A stretch of DNA of 63,999 nt, counting the filler, from Dirinaria sp. TL-2023a (Eukaryota), in the NCBI GenBank assembly GCA_051941275.1. It is 4 parts of 4 records of this genome, joined end to end, with 100 filler letters (N's around TTAATTAATTAA, not from the genome) between each part and the next. Parts side by side here need not be neighbours in the genome. Positions count along the whole stretch, not along the records: positions 16,282 to 32,455 come from JAVEBF010000505.1; positions 32,556 to 48,706 come from JAVEBF010000506.1; 2 more parts are not named here. One strand, given 5' to 3'. Numbering within the stretch: the first letter of the stretch is position 1; each line of letters opens with the position of its first letter. A program made the position numbers and the translations under genes. Positions 25,701 through 38,433 of this stretch are shown here, piece after piece. A model generated the notes under the pieces. The model made no database searches, had not been told where the DNA came from, and was given only the letters and a program-made list of their open reading frames with translations.

Positions 25701-26285
25701 CAGCTCTGGTCCTGACCCTGTCCGCGCGCCATTGACAGTAGGGGAAGGCTGAGGCATAGTGATCTGGGTTTGGATAATCGAAGCGCCGAATCCTCGGTCT
25801 TCGATGATTTCAGCGATGGCCTCTGGTGAGATTGTTGAGGTGTCATGCTCGACCACAGCACGTTCCGATAGCAGCGAGACACTCATGGTCTTAATGCCCG
25901 GGACATCCTTGAAGCCTCCTTCTACCGCAGACGTACAGGCGCCGCATGTCATCCCCTCAACGGCTAGTGTGGTCGTAGCAAGTTGCGTGTTCTGTTCCGT
26001 GGGTTCGATGGTGTCCCGAGGTAGCGGCTCTGCTGTTGGCACAGGCGTATCGGTGGATAGCACTTCCGCATCGAAACCCCTATCCTCAATAATGGTCTTT
26101 ACATCTTCCGGCGACAGCCTGTTCGGATCATGTTGTACCACTGCTCTTGACATGACAAGGCTGACTGAGACACTGCCTGCACCAGCAACATTCTTGAAGC
26201 CACTTTCGACGGCGGAGGTACAGGCGCCACAGGTCATACCTTCCACGCGCAACGTTGTCGTTGCCATATGCATTGCTGCCGCCAT
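22779..26285 (-). CDS. CCC2: Copper-transporting P1B-type ATPase (Ccc2/ATP7-like)
   Basis: Three GMTCxxC HMA domains plus one degenerate HMA; TGEA, CPC, DKTGT, EHP and GDGINDSPAL motifs; intronless. Confidence 0.95.
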   Translation of the reverse strand: MAAAMHMATTTLRVEGMTCGACTSAVESGFKNVAGAGSVSVSLVMSRAVVQHDPNRLSPEDVKTIIEDRGFDAEVLSTDTPVPTAEPLPRDTIEPTEQNTQLATTTLAVEGMTCGACTSAVEGGFKDVPGIKTMSVSLLSERAVVEHDTSTISPEAIAEIIEDRGFGASIIQTQITMPQPSPTVNGARTGSGPELTTTTVAIEGMTCGSCTSAVEGGFKGVDGVIQFNISLLAERAKIVHDARKLTAEQIGNTIEDRGFGVEILSSQTGTIEPSATARNARLKVFGLPDSAAATELEDHLRLLPGVLSAVVSFSTSRINITHNPTMTGLRALVEATESFGYNALLAETDDNDAQLESLAKTREIQEWKRAFLTSLFFALPVFLITMIFPMFIPALDFGSWLLFIPGLYLGDVLAIILTVPVQFGIGKRFYTSAFKSLKHGSPTMDVLVVLGTSAAFFFSCVAMLVSIISPPHSRPSTVFETSSMLITFITLGRFLENRAKGQTSKALSRLMSLTPSMGTIYADPIAAEKAAESWDDALSMAAEKKTAGDAELPSHATEEKVIPSELIEVGDIVILRPGDKIPADGTVLRGQSYVDESMVTGEAMPINKAAGSQLLAGTVNGAGRVDFRVTRAGSDTQLSQIVKLVQEAQTSRAPIQRMADIVAGYFVPAIVALGLLTFTAWMVLSHALPHPPKIFLQPESGGKLMVCVKLCISVIVFACPCALGLSTPTAVMVGTGVGAEQGILFKGGAALETATKVKHVVFDKTGTLTMGKMSVSETALEQTWNANEWRRRLWWSLVGLAEMGTEHPIGKAILGAAKAELGVGADGMIDGSIGDFEATVGKGISASVQPASSVERKRYKVHIGNVPYLESQGIAVPTAAKTTSTPTKPMAPRSGTTQVYTAVDGIYTGIISLSDTIKPSAQAAILALNRMGISASLVTGDQFPTALAVASEVGIPEANIHAGVLPDQKQSIIKQIQSQGQIVAMVGDGINDSPALATADIGIALSSGTDVAMEAADIVLMRPDDLLSVSASLSLSRSIFNRIKLNLGWACLYNFIGLPFAMGFGLMLPKPIMLPPMAAGAAMAASSTSVVCSSLLLKLWRRPRWMTVERLEKEGARKADLAGMKATYDGNQINRIVPGSLRWVVRSIRGRRRTKDEGYVPLQDVEAA

Positions 26286-27609
26286 TTTTGCGGTGTTCAG
26301 TCGAAAAAGCTTCAAGTAAACGGCTGAGGCTGCTCCGGTCTCGTCTTTCGGATATATGGTGGGTAGCCTGTTCTTATGGGTCTGGCGAGACCCGGATCGC
26401 ACCGCTCATAGATTAAAAAACACAGCAGCTAAGAAAAAGATTTAGTCGGGTTGTGCAGAGGAGATCCAGCTCCTTTCAAGGGATTAGAATTAGGGTAATG
26501 TTGGATGAGGATTTACTTGGGTAAGAGGTCGTGTGGTACACTCGGCTTTGTAAGTCAGATACTTGGGGAGCCTTTGGGGGGGCTGAGTCAGAAGGGCGTA
26601 GGTAGGATTTAGCAGTTCGGTGCCTTTTCTTCCACAGCTTTCCGTCACGTAAAGTAGTGTGCACCTTGTATACATAAAAAGATGTTAGAACGAAATAGTG
26701 AGCATTATTCAAAGTCAACTTGCTTTGTCTGAGAGGAAATCGTGGGCCTGTGGACAAAGCTTTATTGTTCCCATGAATCGTCACACGTTCTGCAGCATCT
26801 TCACCAAAACCGGCGTGTAAGATGCGACACTGAGTGTAACTTGGGGGCCGGAATTTAATTGTAATAAGGCTGTTCGACCACAGTCCAGACTGCCAATCGT
26901 GTCAGCCTTCGCTGTTCTGACCAATACAGTACTACATCCAAGTCCATGCAGCCATCGAGCCATTTTACTTGCGAAAGGGTGCATTTACCTATCGCTAACT
27001 ACGCAAGAAGCGCACCGATAGCTTAGTCAGGCATGTTAGCAGCATGCACAGTGGGATCATGCATCGCCAGTGACTGGCAACAGATGATGAACTACGTGAA
27101 TATTGCCGACTCAAAAGTAGAGGTAGTCTCTTGATATCTTACAACTACGTTTTATTTGGACCTTCGCATCCAATGATGAGCCCAAGGTACGAGTAGCTGA
27201 CCTGAAGATCGCTATGAACCCTTACTGGCCAATCAATTCTAAAAAGACTTCGAAGGTTCCCCTCCCCCCCTCCCCCCCCTTAGCCAAGTTTGGATGCCGA
27301 AGAGTCTTAACTTCTTAAGACTTGGTGCTTCAAAAGTGGCGAAGATCCGGCGGACACTATCCTTCATCCCTCCAATAAGAAAGATTGCTGGGAAATTTGA
27401 CGAGAGGTGGAAGGAGATGGCGATTTTGCTTTCGGTCAACGACCGCCCAATCTGTACATTGGCATCTCGTCATCTCGTCAATCTCTTGCGCTTTGTCTGG
27501 TGTCCACGGTCCTTCCTCTCCTCCCCAGCCGCACTCTGTCCGGACGTCAACCCATCTTGAAAGGCATCGGGTATCGTGGGCCTTGCTTAGCGAACCTTCA
27601 ACAGTACCG

Positions 27610-28748
27610 ATGGAGTTCATCGAGCGCTCGCTTCCTCGCCACTCTGCCAAAGGCTCGAAGCGTAGCCGTGCTAACTCCTTGGTCGGCGGCGACGCCAGAC
27701 TCTCAGTCATCGCTGAGGATGGTGCGACCCCGGCTGTACCAGGCAATAATCCCCCTCGCAACAATCGAACCTTCAGCCGTGGATGGGCTTTCGGAAACCC
27801 GCCAAGCCATAGCTTCGAAAAACCTCCACCGCAATACAGCTTCTTGGATGTGACGGGTCCGAAGGGGGAGAAGTTGACAGATGTAAGGAACAACAGACAC
27901 ATTGCGCGACGAGGAGGATGGAGGCGAATATGCTTGATTGCACTGGTGGTGCTCGCCGTAATCGTAGCTCTGGCGGTTGGTTTGGGTGTCGGCTTGCATA
28001 AGAATCACACAAGGTATGGCTTATGCTGCGGTTAACCCAAGCTGTGGAGACCGCTAACAGTCCACAAAGCCCTCCAACCCCGTCTACAACATCCCCTGCG
28101 CAATCATCACCAGTCAATACGGGTTTTCCAGCTGGGAATTTCACATTCAATACCGTTCTAGAGACAACATCCACCAATTGCACGTCGAATGCATCGGATT
28201 GGACATGTCCTCCTTACTACACCTACTCAGACTCTCCTTCACGGTCAGGAGCCGCCTGGAATTGGATTATCAGTCCCACATCGCCTTCGCAATACACCAT
28301 CTCTTCCACGCACAACATCTTTAATATCCTGTTTTCGAACGCCACTCTTGACCTGCTAGATCAAAACCTTCAGACTGAGAGGTACCACTTTAGCACACCC
28401 TTCCAGAAGGTGGTTATACCTCAGGACGCGCTGAACGTGAGGTGCTATTACAACGATACGATACTGGAGGGCGACCTGTACACAAAATTGAAGCAGGTGT
28501 ATTCCGATACGACCGGCACCAGTACTGTGGCGGCATCTACGCCAACTTCGACTGCTGTCTCTTTCAGCGGCGGTCAGAGGCTCTGGCCATATGCAGTAGA
28601 GATCACGGTCTCGCATGGCGGTGGGTCCGACGTACCCGATTGTCATCGGGTGATAGATGAGGAGCCAGGTCCTCGACTTACAGAAGGGCTCCAAGCGAGA
28701 GCCTCGACGGACATGTGCAGGTGCTTTTACAAGAACTCCAATTCTTGA
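27610..28748 (+). CDS. Fungal type II single-pass membrane protein with a Cys-containing extracellular domain
   Basis: PPPQY motif, RRGGWRR followed by the TM helix LIALVVLAVIVALAVGLGVGL; intron 28014-28060; FPAGNFTF..CTSN...WTCPPY..CYYNDT..WPYAV..CRCFYKN. Confidence 0.8.
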
Positions 28749-29712
28749 CGAAACAATATTGATGTTTATTTGCTGTGCTGATTCTGGCTTACAGCGAGCG
28801 AGGCGCTTGGGCGTTGACTAAGGTACAGAAACACTCGAGGCCTTTGAGGCCTAAGGCTGTGGTGATTGAATTGATGGATATAGCCAGCTTTTGCGCAGGA
28901 GAGACAGATCTTACCATATTATGAAGAATAGCTGTAATTGTCCAAATATTAAAGATAGATATGCTATCTTCGCGCGTATGCGGGCGTAATGAGCATAAAA
29001 TAAAAGATCAGGTAACCTTCATGCAGGGGCATGCGGAGTCCAGGGTTGATCTAGGGCAATTATCAGAAGCTTTGCTTGCCCCTGGAAAGCGCATCCTTGA
29101 AAGCTTCATTTTCAAAAGATGCTCGATTCTGGGGCCAAAAGTCTTCTATCGATTGGCGTGAGTCCGAATTGGCTGCTGTATGTAGGTTCCTGCATTTCTC
29201 CTTCAAACTCAGATCATCCACTCTATCGGCATTTACAGATAACTCATCTCCTGTAAACTTTGCAATTCACTTTGCGTGTCGGAATGAGTTATTGCACCTC
29301 GATTTGTGCGCATGGTATACTTTGACATTTATCCAGGTTCGTGCTCAAACCTGTCAGTCTTGAAAATGCATTTCCAATTGCAGTAATCATTCAGAGACAC
29401 CACAGTGCTTGCAGCTAATAGCAGAGGCTTCAACAAGGCTGATTGTATCTAACGTTAGACCCTGAAACAGGCGATTTGATTAGTATTGCAGTCTTGAAGA
29501 AGCGGGTGAATGGTTGGAATCCATACAGTGACAGCCTTTGCATGCGGAACCCTTTTTTCTCCAAAGATTCGGTGAAATCGTGGGCCTGGTAGCGATTATC
29601 TTCTCTTCATTGCCGGACCTGATTGTCTACTTTCACGCCTTCGCTCCGAACTGTAATATTCTGTCGTCCGCTTCGTTCATTCGCTCAGCTGGAGCCTCTG
29701 GGCAGGATTGAG

Positions 29713-32338
29713 ATGCACTATGTGAATTTTGAGAGCGGCAAAAATCCAACTGAAATGCCTTACTCAGTCCTCAAATGGGATGGCGAGAGCGATGGTGATG
29801 CTACACATGTTCCTACGGCTGAAGGAATGACAGTGGCAGATGCAGATGCAGAGCGAATGTTCCGTCATAAGCTTGGGCAACAGCTTATGAAGGATTCGGG
29901 GAATTTGGCAATTGGTAAGTTTGGACCCTATGGGTTTCTCTATTCTACTAGCTACCGTTGTGCTCCATTTCTTCCTAGTCTGCCTAAACCTGTAGAGTAA
30001 AGCCAGCAGTCAAGCTTGGATGCCTGTGCTATATAAAGACTTCGGTCTACTATCTGCAATTACGATGTCAGATTGTTGCAGTTCTTCCCGTAAGAAATTC
30101 AAGCATGCTAGTCCTCAACTAATCCCCCAAGGTCTCCCACATATAACCGTAGTAATGCTTCTGCTCCTGCTGCTTCTGCTCCTGCTGCTGCTTACGATGC
30201 CCGTCTGTGTGTTCAAGCAGTGAGACTTGACCAATTTCGGCATGAAGAATGCCACAGATTGCAAGCAGTGTTATCAATGACCAGTCATGCTTCTTGCTGA
30301 CTGTTTCGGATGTTGATAGGCAAAGAATACATTCTCGATCGTCTTCCGGAGAATTATACCTTCGTGGAGAGAGTCCGGCCCAACAACCCGAAGCATGTAA
30401 GTATCTACCACCTCATGATCAATATTCCAAATGACTCAATCCCTCACAGACGGATCGGTATATGTACGGACATCCCAAGCACATGCCATTCAATTCCGTC
30501 AACGACTTCTACCCGCATCTGAAATGGCTGAGTCGAAGCCGCCAAGGCGACTGCGAGTGCAGAATCTGCGCGTCCACGACCAAGTCCGGCAGCAAATCTA
30601 CAGGAGCCCCAAAAAAAACTGCTTCAATGAAAGCACTGACAATGCGCACAAGACCGGTGATGACTAAAGGGCTCGTTGATGACGAGGGACTACCTGACAC
30701 AATACCTAAGTTCTTGACGCTACTCAAGAAGGAGGGAACCCTGGAGCGGGCTTTCGAAGAGCGTTACAGCATGGTGAGTGAGTCTTCTCAACCCGTGAGC
30801 AAATATGATTGCTAAGATACTACTAGGACTGGCGTGTCGAGAGCATCGTCAGTAAAGAGACCTTGCAGCGGATATCCACTCAGGCGGCTTTCATTCCCCG
30901 CGTCGGCGAGCTTGTGCTATGGTATCGGAACGTAGAGGGCGAAGTACGAATGGAGCCTTCGTCCAATGAATTCAAAATCTGGAACGGCAGAGCATATACG
31001 GGCCACCCTACCTGGCTGGCCGGCGTCGTGACACAAACCCCTGTAGAAGAAGAGCCTGTACACTATGAAGACATTGCAGGTGAATCTCTGAAGAAAAAGA
31101 AGAAGCACGGCGTCAACATGTCCGGCTTCCGCATCGAATGCTACCCGGACCCGAACGGAAAGGACAAAAGCTTCTCGAAGCAATACAACTACGTTCCGAT
31201 GCACAACATCCGGCCCATGGCCTTCCTCCTCGACATCACTCGGGGCATGCCCGTCGAAGCCTGGCACCCCACAATCAACCACGCGATGACAGCCATGACA
31301 AGCCTCTCCTGCATCGACCGGTACCTTCTCCGCGGGATATGGCCGAACTACGAAATTCACCACCGGGGTTTATTCTTCGGCGCCGAAAACCTTTGGATCG
31401 GTGACGCCGTGCGGCTTCTCCCTCGCAAACAACCCCTCAGCGGATATCAAAGCCCGACAATCACCGAAGTCCTGATCCCTCAAACCTTCATCGTGCGCAC
31501 TATCGATCTACGACCCGAACCCGACAACCACAGCGTGACAGGCAATCGTGCCTCGCACATCGAGCTCGTCCTACGCGGACAGGTCTATACCACGCAACCT
31601 CCCTCCATCAGCACCTCCATCCGTGCCTCTTTCCCGCCGTCATCTCCAATGCACACATACGGACCGTGGTACCACCTTTCGGGTGCTCATTCGGTTTTCG
31701 AGATCCAATACCAGCACACGCTGGGCCGCGTATTCGAATACCGCGCCGTTCAACAATGGTATCTACAGCAAACCCCCAGTCAAAATCAATCACCGAGGAC
31801 AATAACCCCATCAGAAGCCCTCTCCATCGGCCTGGACAGCATTCTCGAAGCGCGGAACCACGCCGTTCGAAACCGTAAACAAGATATCAGCAGCAACGGC
31901 CGGGGAACTAATCATAGCAATGATAAAGTGGACTCTTATTTCTGGGGCGATCATCGAGCCGAAGCACTCGGCTTGGCGACGGTGAATGGGATCGATGTGG
32001 GAGCGCACGATCGCGATCGCGAGCCGAGGAAGTGGCGCCAGGTGCTGGCTGTGCTGGATCAGAAGGCGAACGGGAAAGCGAAACCGGGACCGGGGAGACC
32101 TCGAACTACTGCTGCTGTTGCCGTTGCTGTGGAGGAGGGGAAGGGGAAGGGGAGAGAGAAGGAGCAAGAGGTGGTGGTGCTTGTGGATAGCGATGATGAT
32201 GAACAAGAAGGAGAAGAAGAAGAAGAAGAAGAAGAAGAAGAAGGGGAAGTAAACACCACGATCAAGGGATGGATCCAGGGAGTCGGATTGGGCGATGATG
32301 AGGAGGGAAGGAGTCATAAGCGTATAAGGGTGCAGTGA
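29713..32338 (+). CDS. clr2: Cryptic loci regulator 2 (Clr2) heterochromatin-silencing protein
   Basis: N-terminal SDG, LPENY..ER...DRYMYGHP...FNSVNDFYPHLKWL...CECRIC, PRVGELVLW, WLAGVVTQ, SGFRIE, GLFFGAENLWIGDAVRL. Introns at 29915-30319, near 30397-30448 and near 30774-30826. Confidence 0.85.
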
Positions 32339-32455
32339 AATCTACATTGATAAAAACAATAAAAGATCCTCCCATCCCCTCGCCTTACAGAAATAAGAAA
32401 ACCCACCAAAAAAAAAATCCCAATTCCATCAGCCAAAAGATTATTATACTCGTAC

Positions 32456-32555
32456 NNNNNNNNNNNNNNNNNNNNNNNNNNNNNNNNNNNNNNNNNNNNT
32501 TAATTAATTAANNNNNNNNNNNNNNNNNNNNNNNNNNNNNNNNNNNNNNNNNNNN
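32456..32555. other. Assembly spacer (N44-TTAATTAATTAA-N44)
   Basis: Same 100-nt linker as at 16182. Confidence 0.97.
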
Positions 32556-35372
32556 TGTTAAGGAGGGGGATGGTGTGACGATTGTTGCACCGCAGCCAGA
32601 GCTTTCGCAAGTACCAAACAGCATGCGGTTGTGGACCAAGTACTTCCGTGTTCGTGCCTGGCTATTCCCCGTCACGAGCAAGCACGAACTCCACCGAGTG
32701 TTCGGTTACAGCAGAGTTTCGAGGCGAAAAAAAAGTCGGGCTTTTTTGGAACAGAGCGCGGGCTAAGGTATGATATGATCCTTGTCTAGCTGCTTATCAC
32801 TTCACTTGCGTGTTGACCACGTAAAGGCCAAGGGCTGCTGGGAACCTAAGCAGACTGTGTGAAAAATAATGCCTCGAAGGCATGCCGCAGTGCCACATAC
32901 GCCTTTTCGACTAGGCGAGGAATGGGAGGGTGGAGTCTCGGAGTCCTCCAACATTTCTTTTCCCCCTTCTCATTAAAATTCCTGGACCTGGAAACTGTGC
33001 CTTGCTCTGTTCTCCACTCGACCGAGACGCTCTCTGCTCACATACAGTGAACCGCATATCTGTCCTGTCCTAGTTGAATTGCCAGAATCCGCTACGCTAT
33101 TTCCTTCAAGGCTTCAGGTCTACCTTAAGGTAAGGTAGCATGGCATATATCACACATACACATCAACCGTGGCGAAGGTACAACGTGGGTTTCCCTAAGC
33201 GATATGCCACGCTAATTTCTAGTGGATCAACGACAGGTGAATTTCAGAAAACGCGCCCGTAAATGTTGGCTTGAAGAAAAAAATAAAATAAAATAAAAAA
33301 AGCCTCCGTCACGGGCGCGCTTTTACTTCTAGGATAGTGATTGGCCTACTCGCCTGACGGCAGATCGACGGCGCCCGGAGGAACACTCAAGATTTCCATC
33401 GCCATCGATATACTTTAATTGTCTGCCGAAGGGCTTATTTCCATTATTCAGATCGCCTATTCGAATTTTCTCCGTTGCTACCAGGGTGAGGGTAGGCTGC
33501 AAATGTAGGATCCGGTTCCACCAGTCAGATGCCTTACTACTACATGCGGACATTATCGTTTTTTGCAGCATGACCGTCCGAGCCACTGGGTCTCCTCGCT
33601 AGGTGGCGCGGATCAGGGTCTTGCAAATCTTAAAAGTATACTATCGCTAAGCCTCGTGTCAGAAAGACTTTCCCACGTGCACATGGCCGGCAGGTCATAG
33701 CTGCCCGTCTTTTCTACGTGAGCCCGTCGTATGGCATGTGACTAGCTCAGTCGATCAGCCGGATCGACAGCACCATGAATCTATGGGGTTAGGGGCCTGA
33801 GTATCCTGGGAATAGTCCTAGCCGTCGGGGACGCCAGAGCGGAGAATCGAAATGATCCGGTGTGAGTAGTGCTTGTAAAGTGCTCTGCGCCTGCTTGTTC
33901 GGGCATCTTGCGCTCAGACGATCAAAGGTAGTATGATTTCTATACTGAGCTGGCTCAACTACCGCAAGCCCGTCATCGCACTGTGCAGGAGCTGCATTGA
34001 ACAGCGCGAACTAAGTCAGGGAAGTGGCTTCCAACCACGGCACGTCATGCATGCTGAGCCAGCAGGTCGCGCGAGAAATATTGAAGACGATGATGGAGCA
34101 GAAATTTCCCTGCTGCCACTTATCGATCTGCTGGAACCGTCTGTGAGTGACGAGAGAGTACTTTAGATAGAATGCCGATCGAAGTGGCCTTCCAAACCCG
34201 ATAACCAGGGCATGATTTTTCGGCTCCAGGCAGAGCGAGCGATCTGGCTGCAGCTGTTCAAGTTAAGCTTGCCAAGACCTCCTGTGTTTACGGCCCCCCG
34301 GGAGGCCCCCTCCACAAGAGCCCCTCGCAGCGATCTGCAGCCGAGGTCTTTTCTCCTAGGGTGTCGAGGGTGTGAGGCCGTCCAAACATTTGTTGCCCAT
34401 TTTGTCACTACTACGCCGTTGTCGCCGCTGGCAACTGTTCTGCTCCACATATTAAACAAACCAATCGCCAATTATTTCGGAACAATCAGTCGCTCGCCGA
34501 GTACTTGCAGCTTTCTTTTTGCGGCCATGCACATGCTCTGCCTTCCTCTTATAGACCGATAGTCTAGGGTGGCCGAAACGAATTAGGACAAGTGCTGATG
34601 GGAATCTGGAGTGCCATGGGCGACGTTTCAAGGGATTATTTTTACTTGAATGTACCATATGATTATTCAAAATTTCCCCAGAACTCCATCGGGTTCTTCC
34701 TACATAACATTAGATCTCGGCATTTCTTCCCTCCCCTTAGAGTGGTTTTCTTGATTCTTTGTCGGAGTTTGCACATAACTTCGAACTTGATCAGAGCTAG
34801 AGGAAACACCTTTATGCTTGCATGTCTTATTCATGTTTGCACTTAGCAATAAAATCATAAGCGTTATTACCTCGCTCGCTGCGTGTCATAGAAGCTGTGC
34901 TCTGTGGGATCATGTAATTTCACGATTGCAGTTACTACGTACATAATACTTAAGTCTGATTTAACTTACCTGATTTGCCAAGCACAGGGCAGGGGATTGC
35001 CTTGGCCACCTCACTTTATCCATTACACAACTTTCAATACTTGCTTGATGTCTCATGTTTTGTCAGTACCGCTGTGACAACATCGACGAATTGGTGGGAA
35101 CAAACACAGCAAGAGTGATTTGTTGGAGTGATTTCCGTATGGCCAGGTATGAAAGGTCTTGCTGACCTCTCAGAAGGAGCCTACAGGTTTGGCTCTTGTG
35201 ATGGACCGGTCCAGATTATTGGAAGACAGCCCAATGCATACTATGCACTTGCCTCCGCAGCAGGGATTCATTCTAGCCTCACCTTCCACTGAACTTAATC
35301 CCCGTAGTGCAAGAAAAGGCCTTCCTCACTCTGCTCGTGACCTCATGACTTTCAATACTCTCCGCCCTTCCG

Positions 35373-35558
35373 TTGCACAAGATCATGCAAACATCCGAAG
35401 GGACCTTCCTTACTTGTACCCGAAACCCACGCCGTAGGAGCCGACGGTCCGATCTGGAGAGGCGCTCCGCAGAAAACAATCCCGATGTTGAAGCCTACAT
35501 ATGCTGGATGCTGTATGCTTCCAGGCATAAGCAATATCTCATCACCGCCGTGCACTAG
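35373..35558 (+). pseudogene. Possible degenerate BTB/POZ gene relic
   Basis: LHKIMQTSEGTF...AENNPDVEAYICWMLY loosely matches the fungal BTB pattern VHK.LL...S.FF...EDDP..F..Y..WLY; no intact ORF around it. Confidence 0.25.
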
Positions 35559-38433
35559 CGTTTCTGGGCGCATCGCCGGCATCATCTCCAAACCCCCAAG
35601 CGAACCCACTCTATTGATTCCGATTGCCGTCTTCCACAACTTCGATTGTCGGGCACCTTTACACCACGTCAAGCACGAGCACAACACACTGCGTTGCTGC
35701 CAATAATTCCGCTCGCATTTCTTCGTTGCCCCGATGCTGAACGGCTTCCTACTCTATCTTGATCATCCAAACATCAACGCATTGCTCAAGTCCTGTTGCT
35801 CGTCTACCATTGCAAATATGGCGAGAAAGTGTTGCAACTGTCGTCAACATACCTTCAAGCTTGACCACTACCACTGTCCAACAAATCGTTCAATATGCGC
35901 AGCGAGCGACACGATGCCTCCGCTGGAAAGAGACTCAGCGCACAGACATCTTACTCGGTGAAATAGAAAGCTTTAAAGGGTAAGTTATTAACTTTCTGAA
36001 GCTTTATCACACACCCTCGCCTCAAATATATAGTCATCACTACTTCCTCTTCCAGTTACGTTCTTGCCGGATCCCCGTTGTCTAACAGTCTCCTCGTGTT
36101 CTCGTCCCCTGTTTTCTTAGAGTCCTGCTGGTCCGTGTTCTTCTAGTCCGTGTTCTTCTGATCGCTGAAAGTCTCCTCTCAGCCTCCAAAGCCACGTAGG
36201 CAGCCTAACAAGCGACCAGAATATCACACTCTTATTTCGTTTTTTGTTATGTTCCTTGAGCTTCTTAGCCTTTCCGCTGCCAAATGGCTGTGAGCGTCGG
36301 CACTAGCAGCTGGAATCAGTATCGCCCAAGCCCAATTATTGTACATCTTTTCACGCACGACTAATAATACTATGCTGGCAGTACTCCCAGGACGTTCTGG
36401 TCAGCCCCGAGTCTCACGGTCCAGATCAAATTGGTGAAACCACCAGCTACCCTTTTAGGCATCATCACAACAACATGCTGCGAGGCTGCATGTCTGGGAC
36501 CAGTTCAGGCCACAGCCCTATCGACCTCGCTTGAAGTAGTGGACCGCGTCGAGATGCCTCGTTAGAAGGGCCCCTGACATGGAGTCCGATCTTGCCTTGT
36601 CGGTCCCAATCTGCCGCTTATTCTTAGAGTTGCGAGATCAGACCGTGCGCGGGTGCTCGGGTACGCTCAGACCCAGAATCCTCGCAGGGCAACCTATTGT
36701 CTAATTATATCTCCCTTCGGAAACTTCCTTCATCATCAATTAGGAGCCTGCTCGTGGCTGCTCGGTTATCCAATAGGTTCCCAAAATTGCTATCCGAGGT
36801 TGGTCCTTACAGATTTGAGGCTGCTATTGCATGCCCATCGCAGCGCTTCATCCCGGGATCTCGCAGTCTCGGGGGATTTTGTCATCACTTTTCTTTGCTG
36901 GAAATTTTACCTCTTTTTGTCATTTTCAACCCTATGCAATGATTGACGAGACTTATCGTCACCTAAGGTACGTCAATCTTGGATATCTTATCTTTTTTAC
37001 GGCTTCGAGCTGGGTGTGCCGCTGGATAATCATCGTGACACAAACACGTCATTGAAGTTTTCTTGAAACCCCTCTTCCAGCACCGTAAGATAGGTACTTC
37101 TTGGCACCAAACACGCGGTCGACCTTTGCAAGCCATGATATGGCTATTCAGAGATGTCCGCCAACTTCAATAGAAGGTGGGGAAAATACGTACTTGTCAA
37201 CGCAACGTCAAACATGATTTGAAGGGGACAGAAGGATACCAGGGATGACTGAGAGTAACAAGGCTGTGGATTCCACCTGAATGTCTGATTTGCCGCTCCG
37301 ACAGTACCTGCAATAAGGTAGCTGGTGTAGTGCGACAAGCCCGGGCTCGCCGGGGTATTCTGACGCTTTGACAAACTCTAAGACTTGACGAATCCAATGG
37401 AGACCTTTATATAAAGCAGTACGTAATGCAGGTCCCGATATCCACCGTCATTTGCCTTCGCATATCCTAACCTGAGTACGTACATTTACCTTTTCATGCG
37501 CATTGTAACACTAACGACGATCAATTTTGATATTTGGAATCCTGGTTTCAAAATTTGTAAATCCTACTTCAGCGCCTCCCTCTACACTAACTTACAGTAT
37601 GCCTGCCCATCACTCTTCTCCCCTACCCCTGTCGCTCGGCTCTCTATGTAAAACGTCGGCCTCTTCAAGTCAAGATTTCACACTCACACTCCGTGTTCTC
37701 CTCTACACCACGGTGGCCCCGGGGGCCCTTCTTTGGGAACAAGCTTCACCTTGGCTCCCAAAGGTTAGATCGCTCTCTCAGGCCTCTGTAGATTTCCTTT
37801 TCCCGCCCGAATAACACCCATCCCTGTCTTCTGTTCCTTGACTCTATTCCTCATCCCTAGTGCCAAGACTTCTGCCCATTCCATCTATGTCGCATCTTAG
37901 GCCATCTCATTCTACAGCACGCCTTCGTTCCCTCAACTGAATCCTCTCCGGCGCTCAGTATTGTAGTATTCTTGTTGCATGCACCTCTATCTACCTGACT
38001 CTTCTTCCCTCGTGTTCATTCTCTCACTGCAATACCACCGCCAGATACGGAATTCGCCGAGTAGCAGTGAGGGAAAAACCCTTGCTTTCCTAGCTCTAGG
38101 AACTTTTACACTATCTCCTTCCCCTTCTCTTTCCCTCCCCTTCTCTTTCCCTTCCCTCCTCTTCCCCCTTTTCCCACTATCTCACTTTCCACACTTCCAT
38201 CCCATTCACCCCTTTACTTTTTTCACTTTACCTCAAATCTCTATCCTAATTTTTAGCAAGCCTTCTTCCTTCCCCCATACATGCCCTTCCTCGCTACATC
38301 ACCTTGTCCTCTAATACATCCCGTATCTAAAGTAGTCATAATCGGAACCAACAAATATTCACCCCACTCCCCACCAATTCCTCCCCTAACTCCGTTCTTC
38401 TTATTTTTCAAAGATCATCACCCTACTCACCTC

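Noticed and set aside
22797..26319. Long antisense ORFs over the Cu-ATPase and other genes
   Set aside because: Expected shadow ORFs from codon bias, with no independent motifs.
32205..32243. (GAA)n tract
   Set aside because: Ordinary poly-Glu low-complexity segment in the Clr2 tail.
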